Counted from the first letter of the whole stretch, positions 1-13,345 are shown. The stretch: 62,069 bases of DNA, filler included, from Polymyxa betae A26-41 (GCA_003693705.1; 5 parts of 5 records of this genome joined end to end with filler, not necessarily neighbours in it); one strand, 5' to 3'. Numbers and translations: made by a program. Notes: generated from the sequence alone by a model not told the origin.

Positions 1-280
1 TTCCAGATGATGTTACTCCGTCACCTGTCATCGTTCCAGATGATGTTACTCCGTCACCTGTCATCGTTCCAGATGATGTTACTCCGTCACCTGTCATCGT
101 TTCAGATGCTGTTACCCCGTCACCTGTCATCGTTCCAGATGATGTTACTCCGTCACCTGTCATCGCTTCAGATGACGTTACTCCGTCACCTGTCATCGTT
201 TCAGATGATGTTTCTCCGTCACCTGTCATCGCTTCAGATGACGTTACTCCGTCACCTGTCATCGTTTCAGATGACGCTAC
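1..280 (+). repeat. 33-bp coding tandem repeat, about 8 copies, truncated by the window edge
   Basis: Unit ttccagatgatgttactccgtcacctgtcatcg repeated with few substitutions. Confidence 0.95.
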
Positions 281-1911
281 TGAACCATCTGCATTCGAAA
301 CTCTTCTCGAACCAACGGCTGTTACCAAGGACGTTACGGGACCACTATCAGCTGATGTTACAAATACCACTGCGACACCATCTCACACAGTAACGTGTCC
401 AGAATCTCCGAGACCGGCCTCCTCTTGCAACGATGTCGTTGTCGTTACCAAGAACGGCTTGGAGCCACCTGTCGTTCCAGATGATGCTACTGACGCTCTT
501 GTCGTTACAATTGACGTTACGAATGCACATGTCGTTACTGATGCAGCTATGTTTGAAAGCTCTGTTCGGGAATCAGATGGCTTGTCCATCTCCATAACTC
601 CGTCACTCTATACTGACGACTTCGTGAAAAGTCCGACAGAAGAGCGCACGAACTCCTCGGAGTCGCCCAGATCGGATGCTGCCGAGTCGTCCACCACGGC
701 TGCTGCTCAAACCGGATCTCCTGGTTCCAGTAACGTTAACCGACCCAATGCTGAGAAAGGGACGCGACCGTCCAAACGGCGTCGGAAACGAGGTCTGTCT
801 GGGACATCGTTACCTTGGTAACGCTCTAACAATATCCCCGTAGATAAAGTCCGAGCGAACTCCTCTCCGCTGGCCGAATCTCCGCTATCGCCGGATCTGA
901 ATATTGAAGCCACCAGAGGTAACATTACAAATTTTCCATCTCACTGCTTTACTGTTGCAATCTTCAGTAAATCTACAACTTTTTTTATTTTTTCAAAACT
1001 TTTTGAAAAACATGATTTCCCTTTGTGCTGTTTTACTGATGCAATCTTCAGTAAATCTACTTTATCTCAAAAAATATTTGAAACATGCTTCTCTTTTGAG
1101 TAAATATTGTATAGGGCTTGATGAGCATTTGGAGAACCTTGAAACTTTGGGACTCGAAGCCGTCCTCGGACCAACCCCGATGCGTCCGATTCCCGCCTTC
1201 CGTCACGTCCCGCATTACGATCCGCAGGCTCTGTTCGAGTTCGAGCAGGCGCTGCTGGCGACGCGTCTCTACAACGAACTCGTCGCCCTGGGTCATTCCT
1301 TGGTCCATGACTTCCTCAGCGGGCGTCTCTCCGTGGCCAACGCCGACGACCTCGAAACCGCCATCCGCCTCTATCGTTATCAGCTCGATCTGGTCCTCAA
1401 CAGCTTCAGTCGGATCGACGAAGACGAGCTCTTGGCCTGTATCGACGATATCGAAGAGATGGTCGCCGACCGACCCGATCTGTACGACCTGCAGGAGCTG
1501 CTGGAAGTCCGCAGGCATCTGTTCGATCTGTTCATCACGCACAGCTGTCGCCGATTACAGCTGGCTCAGGACGTGTTACGTAATAACGTCCACGATATCA
1601 TGGCCAAAGTCGTGGATCAAATCGGCGCCCTGTCCGGCTCCGATGTGACGGATTTTCTCGTGCCGCGGGTCGTACAGCAGCTCGACGAGCTCGTTGGGTC
1701 GTGGCACAGGATTCGCGATTCGCAGCAGGAGCTGATGCGGACTAAATTGGACCGTGGGAACGAGCTGCTCGAGGAGACCGTCGAAGATGGAGATTTGGAA
1801 GGGGGTCGCGTCCGCGTTACGGTCCACGACTATCAGCGGGTTTTAGATCCCGTCGCCATGGAGATCATGTTACTGGCTGCTGACCTAATTGACGGTCATG
1901 AAAGTGCGTAA
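1..1911 (+). CDS. 5'-partial spliced gene of unknown function: 11-aa repeat and S/T/P/D-rich region, basic NLS-like patch, acidic helical C-terminal domain
   Basis: Frame 3 is open from the window edge to 792 (VPDDVTPSPVI repeats ... PSKRRRKR). Intron 793-843 (GT..CTAAC..TAG) removes the in-frame stop. Exon 844-918, intron 919-1114, exon 1115-1911 joins in phase to the 904..1911 ORF (RGLDEHLEN...). Confidence 0.7.
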
Positions 1912-1956
1912 TTTCTAGGGTTTAGGGTTTGCAACTTTCCGGCTTTAAACACGGAA

Positions 1957-2689
1957 ATGTTTTTTCTGTTTTTTTCCGCATCATCATGGTCGAAGCCTCT
2001 TTCTTCTTTCAGCGTTTTCCTCGAACTTAATCCGAACTGTATCGTTGCAATGCCGTGCCAATTAAATTCCTTTTTTTTCAGATCGTTTCTTGACGGACTT
2101 TGCGGCATGTCTGCAACCGATCCTGTTCATGAACTTTCGGAAACTGTCGACCCGATCCCGGACCCAAATCTCGAAAAAAATCGTCGACGCGTTCTGCGAA
2201 ACCTTCGTGCGTACGGCCTTCGTCGTGTTCGACAAGGACGCCAATCCGGAATCGTTGAGTGCGCGATGCGACCATCTCGTTCAGGTCCTACAGCTCCGCC
2301 TCGACGATTACGACGCCGGCTATTCGGGCGCTCTGCTCGACGGACGCGTCCATATCCTCAGCGGACTGATCTCGCAGATGCTCCACGGTCACGTCATGGT
2401 CGTCCTGGACCAGTGGCGGCGCGGGTTCGAACGCGCCGCCGAGCATGCCGTGGCCGAGTGCCCACGGATCCAGGACGTGAACCGCGACGTGCTTCTGCGG
2501 ACGCCGTTCTTCTGGTGGCATCAAGGCCGTGACGCGATGCGTGATACTGGACTGGTCAATCCGGACGACCCGTCGCCGCCGCCGGGCCAGTACGACGACG
2601 TCGACGATTCGGCGCCCTTTGAGAACCGATTGACGGATGATGATGATGATGAAGGCGAAAGTTTCTTCGGGTCATTTGGCGGCCAATAA
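1957..2689 (+). CDS. Hypothetical protein with acidic C-terminal tail
   Basis: GC-rich ORF 2090..2689 preceded by acceptor ttttttttcag (2081). Possible exon 1957-2038 with 43-nt intron 2039-2081 is in phase. Start uncertain. Confidence 0.55.
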
Positions 2690-4744
2690 TGTCACGATTT
2701 TTCTGTAATAAACTTGTGATGGAGCTTCTTTGAATCTTCGCTGTGAAAAGATTCAGCGCTGATTGATTACAAAAGGAGAGGCGATATTCTTTAGGGGCGG
2801 ATTGTCTGATCCCGAAACAAGCCGCGGATTCGAAACCAAAATGCTCTAAGCAGACAATGGTCATACTTGTGGAATGGAATCGATTAGTTTGTTTAGTACG
2901 CTCCGTGGGCGGTGCTCTCATCTTCGGCAAAAGGCGCGTGTTCCCAGATCCATCAAGAATCCACCCGAACGTCTGATCAATATGGGCTCATTTTTCCTTG
3001 TTTTGTGCATTGCCTGTCCAAAATCCAGCTCATTTTTTTTTTGATGATGAAAGCTGCCAACCGGATCCTGTTGCAACTTTCTTATGCGAATATTGGTCCA
3101 CTTTCATAGAGTTTTATAGAGGCAATATAATGTATCGGATCGAACGAATTCTGGAAAAGAAACGTATTGATGGTAGTTTCAGGAATACAAAGAATACGAG
3201 CGTAAGATATTGCTGATATCAGGGTTTTAGGGTTTTAATTCCTAGATTCTCATACAGTTTATAGGCTTGATGCTTTGCCTGCTCGGTATTGCATGGGAGA
3301 ACTCAGATGAGGCAGGAGACTGGCAAGATCAGCTGTGAATTTTGACAACGCCCCTTTCGTGACGACGCCGAATATGACCAGAATAGCAAAAACCAGAATC
3401 AGGAACGAAACTGTTCGAGCTAGCGCTTCGATAACAGGATCAGAGCAGCGATCTTGATCATAAATGTAATCGGAATTCGGGACATACAACGACTGATGCA
3501 GATGTAGTTATGTCACAATCATTGCAATAACTGAGATCACGTAAGCTCACGCAAACGTAATGAAATTCCTATACGCAATGTGATTGTGCTGGCAGATTTT
3601 GCTTTGGTTACAATGTCACGAAGATCTGAATAGGCCCAGATATTGATATTGCGAAAGAGCAGTGAAAGGTTAGGGTTTACGGTTTTTTAAAGCTGTTGTT
3701 TCTTGCCAAGAGAATCACCTGGGAATATCCCGCCATACAATCAACATGTCAAGTTTCTCAAATCAACATTGTGAGTGTGCGAATTTGAGCTGGAAATAGT
3801 ATGATATAAACTAGTCAAGGCTCCCAATTGGCAGTCATGAATTCTTCTGCAGCCAGTACTATACTCAGCTATAAAGTTTCTGTTCAGGGCTCTACAGTAT
3901 GAGGCCGAATCTGAACGCATAAGAGCGATGTTCTCCATTTCGTAAACTTTGAACGGCTTCCGTGAATAACAATCATGTTATTGATCCAACAGCTACTCAA
4001 CAGGTCTATAAACGATTCTTGGTTATGAAACCGAGCATGAATGAAATGATTGATGGATCTGAAGGAATGAAACATCTGCAGCAAAAACATAGCATGAAGT
4101 CTGTATTTTGAAATGCGTACTTTGTAAATAGAAATCAAAATCTTGAAGTTGAAGAATGAGCCCTATTTAGCCGAGACTGCAGGATTCAGCCGGTCATGCA
4201 TTCGGGCGTTCCTTTCGGCGGTTAAGCCTGCCTTGAAGTCATGTGTGCAGCTCTGTAGAGATGCTGAGAATAGGTTGATGGGTTGATCGTTTGCAGAAGG
4301 GCTGCGCCGTATCGTTACTGAGCCAAGGTGAGGAGAGGCGCGGCCTCCTCTGTGGAATCTGACTTCACCTCACACCTATCCAAGATCGAGTACCTATAAT
4401 GCTGCCGCGAGTTGCTGCTCGATCAAGCGACGGAATCAATAAGCGTGATGGGACGGAAACGTTGTGGTGATGGATGCTTGCTGCGACGCTCAGGTTATCA
4501 TCACAACTGCCGTCTGATAGACGATAAATGGATTCCGAGATCGGCAAACTGAAGACGACATCGTCTTCAAAAATTTTTCGTGTAACGTTTATATATTTTG
4601 CGATTTTTCTTCACATGTTTTGATATTCGCTGGGGGGTTAACCGCTATAGTGTCTACTTTGAATTTTCTTCTTTCCATCATTCCCACTTTCTACTTCATT
4701 TCTCTACACCTCATATTTCCTATAATTTTGAAAAACAGTTGATA

Positions 4745-5000
4745 AGAGAAACTGTAGGATTGATCGATCCCATTCCAGCTGGTGATCCCAAACCGGAGGA
4801 TGTCGCTCCGCAACTGGATGATGCCGTACTGGGTCAGCTCTGTGTCAAGGCGTCTCGTACGGATAGTCTACGAACATATACGCTGATATCAGATGCCGAA
4901 ACAGGAACCTCGGCTGCATCCAAACGTTCGGTCGGCTACGACCCCCTCACGTCAAGAGCCCGGCATTCGTTTATGCTGCCGCTAACGGGGTGGTCAGGTG
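4745..5000 (+). pseudogene. Diverged partial duplicate of the 6700-6900 segment of the SANT/SET gene
   Basis: tatcagatgccgaaacaggaacctcggctgcatcc (~4886) vs tatcagatgccgaaacaggagccgcggcttgatcc (~6785). Peptides HIR*YQMPKQEPRLHPN..YAAANGVV vs HIRRYQMPKQEPRLDPN..YAAGNGVV; the first has an in-frame stop. Confidence 0.65.
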
Positions 5001-6180
5001 ATTCTAAAATCAATGGCGTGATGGTTTTTGAATCTCTAAAACCGGGCATCCAGGTTTGCAATTAATTTTCGTTTGTAAATGTCTTTAAAATTGTTCAGAT
5101 ATTGATGCATCAATAATAACAGCTGACATTATAGAGAGGATGGCTTCAGATAGATGAAGCAATGAGCCAGACATGCCTGGCAGTATAGCCAGTCATCAGC
5201 AGGCACAGATCATGATCGAGGATATTGGTGTACCTGGCCAAAATCCAGGTCGGTGAACTTGACAAGATCGGGTTTGATATCAATGAGTGAATGGGTGACC
5301 CGAATAGAATCTTGATCATATACATGCCGAAATCTACTTGCTGGGCGGCTCCTCTGTGCTGGATTGGACATCTATAATCCAATCATAATCTACATCGGGC
5401 ATCGCGATTCTGTAAAGACCGGATACATAAAAACGGCCGCCCATGTACACAGCGTGCGAATGCTTGCGTGATCAGATCCCTCTGAAGCAATCGGCATGGC
5501 AGAAGTCCGCCGGACGGTGGCGATTGGAATGGAAGCGACGGTAAGAAAGTTATTACGTCTGCTATGTTTGGTTTGTGTGACATTTTCAAAGTCCTGGCCT
5601 CGTCCCTTGTTCGAGAGTCACACCTCTTCGAACAAAAAGTTTTATTCGACGTAAGAACCAACATTCTCGAATAATGAATCTCTAATTCGTGATTAAGGTC
5701 TTGGAACTGACGATGATTCAAGTCACGTTCGAACAATGGGGGAATTTTTCAGCCCGAGTTCTGCTGGCTTCTGAGCAATCGGCTATCACCGGTTGCTCAC
5801 AGAATCAGCATGTCGGGGTCAGTTCCGACCAGCAGCTGTTCTACTTCCAAGGTCTGAACACAATTGTCATCTACAACGAGCGCTGGTTTAGGAGCTTCAA
5901 ATCCAGTAAGTCTTCACACTTTGAAATTTTGAAAAATGATTGATAAGAAACATTGCAGGAAATATAGATCCTATTCCGTCAGTTCATCAAGAACCGGAGG
6001 ATATCGCTCCAAGGAAACTGTGTTCGCGATTGCTAAAAAAATCCAATTACCAATCTGAAAGATTGTCATACGGTGAGAACTTTGGAACCGCCTGGCAGAC
6101 TTTTTGGTAGTCAACTCTAGCTAGTGGCCAACATTTTGCTTTGCGGCTTTCAACTAAACTATTTATAGTTTCCTCAAGGG

Positions 6181-8292
6181 ATGACGGAAGAATATGCTAC
6201 TCCCAGCAAGCGGCAACGTCGCTGGAACAATGAAGAAATCGATTACTTGAGTTCCTTGATTGAATCTTCTTCAAGCAAGAACTTATGGAAGAAATATGCG
6301 GATCAAATGAAGGAAAGATTCGGGGAATCTTTGCGGGAATGCAATCCTCCAATTGTAAAGGAACTATCATAACAAAGAAAACAAACAAACTATCAATCAT
6401 ATCAGAAGTATGTATAGTTTGTGTCTAGGAAATTTAATCTGTGAAATATTTTTTTTGTATCGACTACAGGGCTATCACACATGTCATTCAGCAAAAACAT
6501 ATCTACGGGGATGCGTTGGATCTTGTTGAAAACACGTCAGAGGTCTTTGCGCGTCTCAGCCTTTCCGGAGCAGCGATCGTTGATGCTGTAAACCCTAACG
6601 TCACATCAGCCCAGGGTACTTCTTATCCCCATAATCTGCCTAACCCTTAACATTCTTTACAGGTAGCAACCTCACCGGTCACGATGATGGCGCACCTTTC
6701 CGCTCTGCTGTAGGATTGTCACGATCCTGCACAGCTTCTCCGCGTCAACGCCTCGGACGGATAATGCACCAGCACATCCGCAGGTATCAGATGCCGAAAC
6801 AGGAGCCGCGGCTTGATCCGAATGAAGTAGCTGCGTTGACCACATCCCAACATGTGCCCGTTTCATTCGGTTATGCTGCAGGAAACGGGGTGGTCTACTT
6901 AGTAAGTTGCCTTTGATTGGTGGATTCGCTAACTCTAAGGAATTTGACTCGTACAGACCTGGGATACAAAGAATGGAATCTGGATCAAAATTATCAAGGA
7001 GTATGCTCTGAAACAGGACAGTACGTCTTGGACAGAATTCATCGTACTTACTCAGGTTTGGTTACTAAGAGTCTTAATTCTATCCTGATTTATAACAGAT
7101 TCGCCAGATGTAAAGGCTCCACTATTCGAACAATTTCAGCACGACGCCGACGAGTTCCAAAAACGTTTCCAATTGATATTGGGTTCTGCCCCATCAGGTC
7201 TGCCAAGGCGCTATTCAGACTTGAGCGTTCTTCACCACAGACCAAGGCTGCCTCTGGGCAATATGATATCCGGTTTGCGTGTGGCAACGACTGCCCCAGT
7301 TCGTGCCAGGCACGTCTGGGTTCCCCTGCAACAACCAGGTCGTGCGCCTTGGAGAGTATCCCGCCAGAGTGGGGATAGAGACCAAAAGCGAATTTGGCCA
7401 GGGCTTCATGGCCCTAGAAGACATCGTAAAGGCACTATCATCGTCCTTAACGAAGGAGGCGTAGGTGATTGGAGAAAACTTTATTTGCGAAATTGACGAC
7501 GACCACAGCACAAATCGCTGGCCCGTAGGAAACAACTAACCCACAAATACGATGGTCGGTATGCGGCCTCTGTTGCTCCGGGAACCGTGGTTTGTTCCCC
7601 CTAGACCTCAACGCTCCGGCGAGGGCTATTCGCAGTCGGCGATGGCGAACTCTTCGCATTCGCCCAATTGCAAGTTGGTCAAGTGGACAGTCCCAACGGA
7701 AGCCGACCACCATCTTGGTCAAACCGTGGCGGTGATGGTGGCCGAACGCTACATTATGGCCGGTGAATCGCAAACATCTCTATTTGAACGTGAACTGGTT
7801 CGCAACGCATAAGGAGATGTGCGGCCGGGTGCGGCACGTGTCCTCCTGATGGACCAGTCACAGTTCAGGGCGGCCATCCCGGACTACCACCTGCAGCGGT
7901 TCGCACGCTCGCATCTCCTTCACTTCAGCATTGAGCCTGGGATCCCCAGCTATGTTCCAGTGGTGGATAGCTGCTGGATCCCGGCTCTCTGCTCGATGTT
8001 GCCGGAAAAGCGGGAGGACGTGGGAAATTTGATCTACACCTCATCCGTGAACTTGGCGGATAAGTTTGAGCGAAACTGTGCCGAAACTATCAAAGCGGCC
8101 GACAGCTTGGCGGAAGTCCGAGACAATTTCGCCCGGATGCTGCGGCAGTACTTAAGGAAAATGCAGGCGTACCTGCGACCCGTTCCGAAGGCGGAAAACC
8201 GCTGTTTTTTCATACTGTACAGCTGGAGGCAAAATTCGAGGCTGCCCAGCAGGCAAAAGCGCTTGCCATGGCCAGCAGGATTCCGGCGATGA
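6181..8292 (+). pseudogene. Decayed Myb/SANT-like + SET-domain gene
   Basis: 6181 ORF KRQRRWNNEEIDYL..LWKKYADQMKERFG resembles SANT. SET motifs across frameshifts: FGQGFMALEDIVKG/TII (~7390-7445), MANSSHSPNC and VAERYIMAGE (7552 ORF), then Cys cluster CAAGCGTC (~7818-7841). Confidence 0.55.
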
Positions 8293-9041
8293 ATGAGGAT
8301 TCTTTCTCTGATTCTTATTAATCTATTCCATTAAATGGGCCTGTTCCCTCGGTGTTTAATTTTAACAGCATCTTTACTGTTAAAATAGAATTCGTAGATG
8401 GAGCTCGATAATGAACTTTTGTGACAGAAGATCGTGCTAGATGTTCGCATCGCTCAAAAATAAAACTTAGATTGCTGCTTCCATTTATGATCAAAATATC
8501 ATAAAGCATAGTAAACCATTTTAAAGTCAGATTAGTCTGGGCTCTGGGCATGTATGCTAAAAACAATTAAGACAATTAAATGCATCAGTATTGCAACTTT
8601 CAGCTCAATTGGAAAGAGCAGATTGCGTTAGAATTCAATCTATAGTATCCAAAAAGTTTTTAATAAGGACGGATTTTAAATACGCATCTTGAAAATGATA
8701 CGATTTCTTATAGCAATCATCGGTAGCATTATGTTGGTGCTGAAGTAACTGAGTAGTGGAGGACAGGGCTTGAAAGATGCTACAAGTCGGAGTGTTCAAT
8801 GTAGGCTAGTTAACAGAGTGAATTGTATATTAGGTAACAGATCATTGTCGGAACCGCCGGCGCAGCCTCCACGGAGCCCAAGTCCCAGACTCGGAACGGC
8901 GACTGCGTCCACCGGAATGGCCACGGCGTGGACCCGAAGAGCCACTGTGGCCCTTTCTAATCTTGGAAAGGGATCACTGGCGAGAGCCGTTCGCCCGGGT
9001 ACATTTACCGGATCTGCGTCCCTCAATACACTAATTTCCCA

Positions 9042-9141
9042 NNNNNNNNNNNNNNNNNNNNNNNNNNNNNNNNNNNNNNNNNNNNTTAATTAATTAANNN
9101 NNNNNNNNNNNNNNNNNNNNNNNNNNNNNNNNNNNNNNNNN
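9042..9141. other. Artificial contig linker
   Basis: 44 N + TTAATTAATTAA (stops in all six frames) + 44 N. Confidence 0.98.
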
Positions 9142-9362
9142 GTGTGGCAATCTGTCGTTCAAGCCTGAGAAGATTGCACGAAGAAATAGTGAAGATGAAT
9201 CTGTATTAATTATATGCGTATTCAAGCCCTTAGTAAATCCAGAAATTCATCGGAGTTGATTGATAGCCAGAGTATGCATAAATTAGAGCCATACAATATC
9301 CAATATTGTTACAAGCGTGTCAAATCCAGATTCTAGGTGGTATCCAAACGCGACCTTAGAGC

Positions 9363-11923
9363 TAGGGTTGATAAGGGGTCGGGTCGGGTCGTGTCGGGTT
9401 TTACAAATACCCAACCCGATCTGATCGGGTTGGACCCGCTGTTTTCAACCTGGGTTGGACCCGGGTTGACTGGATAAAAATTAAATAAATTTTCAACGCG
9501 CGAGTTTGCGGCATCCCTGAGAGACAGACTCATCAATCCATGAGCTAGCGGCATCCGTGAGAGACAGTCTCATCAATCGTATACTCGTCTTCTTTTCTTA
9601 TCAGAGACGTCGAGCAATGGATTCAGAGTGTCAATTCGTTGACCCCGAGCACGTTGACGGTAGTGACGTCGGACAATGCGTTTCTAATTCTGGTGTCGAA
9701 TCTGCTGCTGGATCTGTCGTAAACCAATTTATTATTACAGCCAACGACGGCACTTTCAGCTGCCGACTTGTAATGCCAAGAAGAAGTCCACGCACTGGTC
9801 AGTTCGAAGTATACATCAAATTTTCGGCGTCACTTGATGAAGTTCCATCCGAATGAATTCGGAAATAAGGAATTCGATTCCTCCCAATCGAAGCTCGACC
9901 ATCACGGATTTTCCGGATTCAAACGAAAGTCATTGTCGAGCTCGGAGTTTTCGTCTAGCGACAAGGGTTACGCCGACAAGAAGTTGGTAGATTGGATTGT
10001 TAACCATTGTCAATCTCTATCGGCCGTTGAAAATCGTGATTTTCTTGAGTTCTGCAATGCTTTACGTCCGGAATACAAAATCCCTTCAAGAAGCACAATA
10101 CGAACTCGTATCATTTCAAGATGGGAAGATGAAAAAGACAAAGTCCGCGAGCGAATCAGGAGCGACATTTCCCGGAAGAATCGTCGTCTAGGTTTAACAA
10201 CTGATATGTGGACTTCAGCAGCAAAGCGTGGTTATATGGTGGTTACCCTTCACTACATTGATGACGATTGGGAAATGCGCTCTGTAATCGTTTCATTTAT
10301 TCGTGTATTATATCCTCATACCGCTTCTCGATTGGCCGAGCATCTCGTTAAAGCAATCGTCGAACTGGATCCATCCCTGTTTTTCTTGTGTTTGGGCCAT
10401 TACTGGAGATAATGCTACAACAAACCCTGCAATGGTTACTGCTGCAAAACCTCTTCTACATGAAGAGATGTTGAAGTACGAAACCAGTATCCTTCCGTCC
10501 GAAGCGCGTGCAGAATCCGGACAAGATGGCGCGACATGTGTCAGGTTCGATCGAACTGGGTTTCAAGACGAAGTTTTTCTTGTGAGATGCTTTGCGCACA
10601 GTATTCAACTAGCGGTAATAGCAGGCCTTACATCCTGTCCAGCGATCGATGCCGCTATTGGTCGGATGCGTGATATTATCAAGAAGTTGTGTGATTCGCC
10701 AAAACTTTTAGAGTTATAACAGGACATTTGCGTTGCTGTGAAAGTTCAGTTCCGTGTTCCAATACTGGACGTGGAGTCACGCTGGAACAGTACCTATGAA
10801 ATGATTTCCGTCATTATTACTTTGCGAAAACCTGCCGAAGAACTGCTTCGCCGAATACGTGATCAGCATGAGGGCTATATCAATTTATCGATTAAGCCAA
10901 ACGACCATTGTGCGCTGAAGTTTCTGTAATCTCGTGGTCGGCCCTTGAAGATTTCAAACTTTTTCTGGCGCCATTTAAGGATGCTACAGAGCTAATGTCC
11001 GGTTCAACTTATCCCACGCTTGGCATTGTTGTCCCTGCTTATCACACGTTATCAAAACATGTAAGCCAAGCGTGCTCTTCAGATTACTATCAATTTCGCC
11101 AAACCAGTGGACGCTAAACTCAAAGAGTACAAGAATGTGATTGTTTGTCCCCAGGTTCAACTTGCTGCTGCGCTGGACCCGCGTATTACACAGTATCTTG
11201 CATCACTTGAGATGGATACTACTTTACTGAAGAGCAATCTTGAGCTGTGTTTCCAATTGCATTATGAAGACTTCTATCTGGCAACGCAAACTGCAGCAAG
11301 TAATAGTCCGTCTGCAAGACGATCGGAATCCAGCTCGTTTTTTAGCGGCCAGATTGGGCCGAGTTCTTCTGCTGGACCTAGTACCGATGAACCGTTCATG
11401 AATGAGCTCGAACGCTGGATGAAACGCACTCCCATGGGTACCAGTGAAAGCAGCCACAACGTCCTCATGTGGTTCAAAGTTAACGCGAGTATGTATCCAC
11501 GGATCCAGCTGATGGCCCGGGATTTCCTGGGAGTTCCTGCTACTTCAGTGCACAGCGAATGTGCATTCTCACGAACAGGAACAACAATCTCCGAGCGACG
11601 CTCGCGCTTGGGCGATGATATTGTGCAGGCCATATGTGAACTGCAGTCATTTTATAGCTTTTCTCAATGTAAACGGTCGTAATAGGAAACCCCAATCAAT
11701 AATACAGCAAAAGCAGCATTTCGAGATCAGTTAGGACGGATCATCCACGAACTTCCGAATAGTCCGGATAATTCAGCAAAATCAGTATGATCGGGTCCAA
11801 CCCGGGTTCGACCCGAGTCAATGAAATACCCGACTCGGTCGGGTCGGGTCGAACGACTCGACCCCAACCCGACTCACCTGACCCGGGTCCGACTCGGGTC
11901 GGGTTCATTTTCCCCCAACCCTA
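9363..11923 (+). mobile_element. hAT DNA transposon, full length, frameshifted transposase
   Basis: TIR TAGGGTTG..CAACCCTA; 8-bp TSD cttagagc/tttagagc (7/8); subterminal CGGGTC/GACCCG arrays at both ends. Transposase motifs LTTDMWTS, ITGDNA, RCFAHSIQL, DVESRWNSTY, PATSVHSECAFS are split over several frames. Confidence 0.93.
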
Positions 11924-11927
11924 TTTA

Positions 11928-13298
11928 GAGCATGTATAGCGGAGCGCAGTTATCGTTATCGTTAAAGTTTATAAATCATTAGACCTTTCCGTATATTGAA
12001 ACAGGGTTTCAGGCTATAGCTTTCCGTCATAGAGGCCAAACTCTGTTTAGAATCTGCTTTCCGTAATTTATCATAAACTCGTTCTATCCAAACAGACTTT
12101 CTATGATGCCTGATTCTGAGGCTAATTCTGACTTCTTTTCGGACGATTGGAATGACTCCCTTTTTGAGTCATACTCTTTTATGTACCATTCAGCAACAGC
12201 ATTGCTGACTGCCTTGGATGAGATGGATGGCGACGATCAGGACTTATTTCAACAGTCTGTTGATCCCAGCGTAGGCGTTCGTGACTTTCTGGGGTCTCTT
12301 TGGAGATGTCCTTTGATATTTAAAACTATGACAAACTTTTCGACTGACGAATTTGAAGAACTATGCCAGAAAGTTTTGCTTTATAATAGCAACAACCGCT
12401 CGATCTACGGGCGATCTTATTCGAGGAGCAGGACGTCCGCCCAAGCTGTCGCCCGATCAGCGACTGTTAAATTTTTTGATGTATTTGAAGCACGACAAAA
12501 CATATGTCTTCGATGCTTGTCTGTGGAACTGGGCACGTAGCAGCGTTTGCGATGACAGCATATTCATTGCTCACTGCATTCGAATTTCTTGTGCAGATGA
12601 ACTTCGTTGGCTTAACGCCAATAAAAGAAGAGCGCTTGGAACAGTTCTGCCTCAGTTTCAGGGCTGCATAGGATTTATAGATGGAACTCTTTGCAGATCC
12701 GGAAGCCGAAAGATGATGAGCAAGAGAGAAGATGGTACAATGGTCGGTTGAAGATGCATTGCTTCAACAATACTGTAGTTGTTGATCATAATGGTCTATG
12801 TATTTTCCTCGATCTAGGATATCCTGGATCATTTCACGACGTTAATACTCTTCGGCAGTCCGAACTCGACGAGAACTGGAGGACGTATTTCACCCATACC
12901 GATCAATATCAGGAATATGTTCCAGGAGATCGTGGCTATATGGGTAGGTAATTGATCACGAATTTCAGGCTGTTAAATTTCAATAGCAGGGCACGACATG
13001 TATATTCTGCGGCGAATTGACAGTCGGGAACGAGCTGATGAAAACGTTCTTGGAGCCATCAATGCATTCAACAAAATGCATACGGGAGAAAGGATTGCTG
13101 TGGAATGCATGGGGTATTGGAGGGATGAAAAAGTGGAAGCGTCTCATGAAAGTGTTTGATAGCACCCGAGAAAAGTTCGCTGACATCTTTTTTGCAGCAG
13201 CAATCTTGACCAATTTCCTACATCGACGTCGACAGAATTTCCGAACAGACATTGATAATAATCGGCGCCCGGGTGTCGGATGGGGCTATGATGTCTAG
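11928..13298 (+). mobile_element. PIF/Harbinger transposase (DDE_Tnp_4/HARBI1-like), frameshifted
   Basis: GRPPKLS, CIGFIDGT, YNGRLKMHCFN, PGSFHD, GDRGY, MKKWKRL motifs in 12103-13298. Probable left end TTA|GAGCATGTATAG. Confidence 0.85.
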
Positions 13299-13345
13299 TA
13301 GTTCAGATAGAACTGACGTTTTTATAGAAACAAACATATGTATTA

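Noticed and set aside
1-280. 33-bp repeat as a CRISPR array, and ORF 7..393 as the real protein
   Set aside because: No spacers and a eukaryotic context. The frame-3 reading stays open and splices into downstream exons.
2900-4300. Short ORFs including a TM-like segment at 3259..3489
   Set aside because: No consistent exon chain or domain could be supported.
9086-9097. TTAATTAATTAA palindrome recurring four times
   Set aside because: Always centred in a 100-nt N block; an assembly linker.
9363-9370. TAGGGTT as a telomeric tract
   Set aside because: It is the hAT terminal inverted repeat, matched at 11916-11923.
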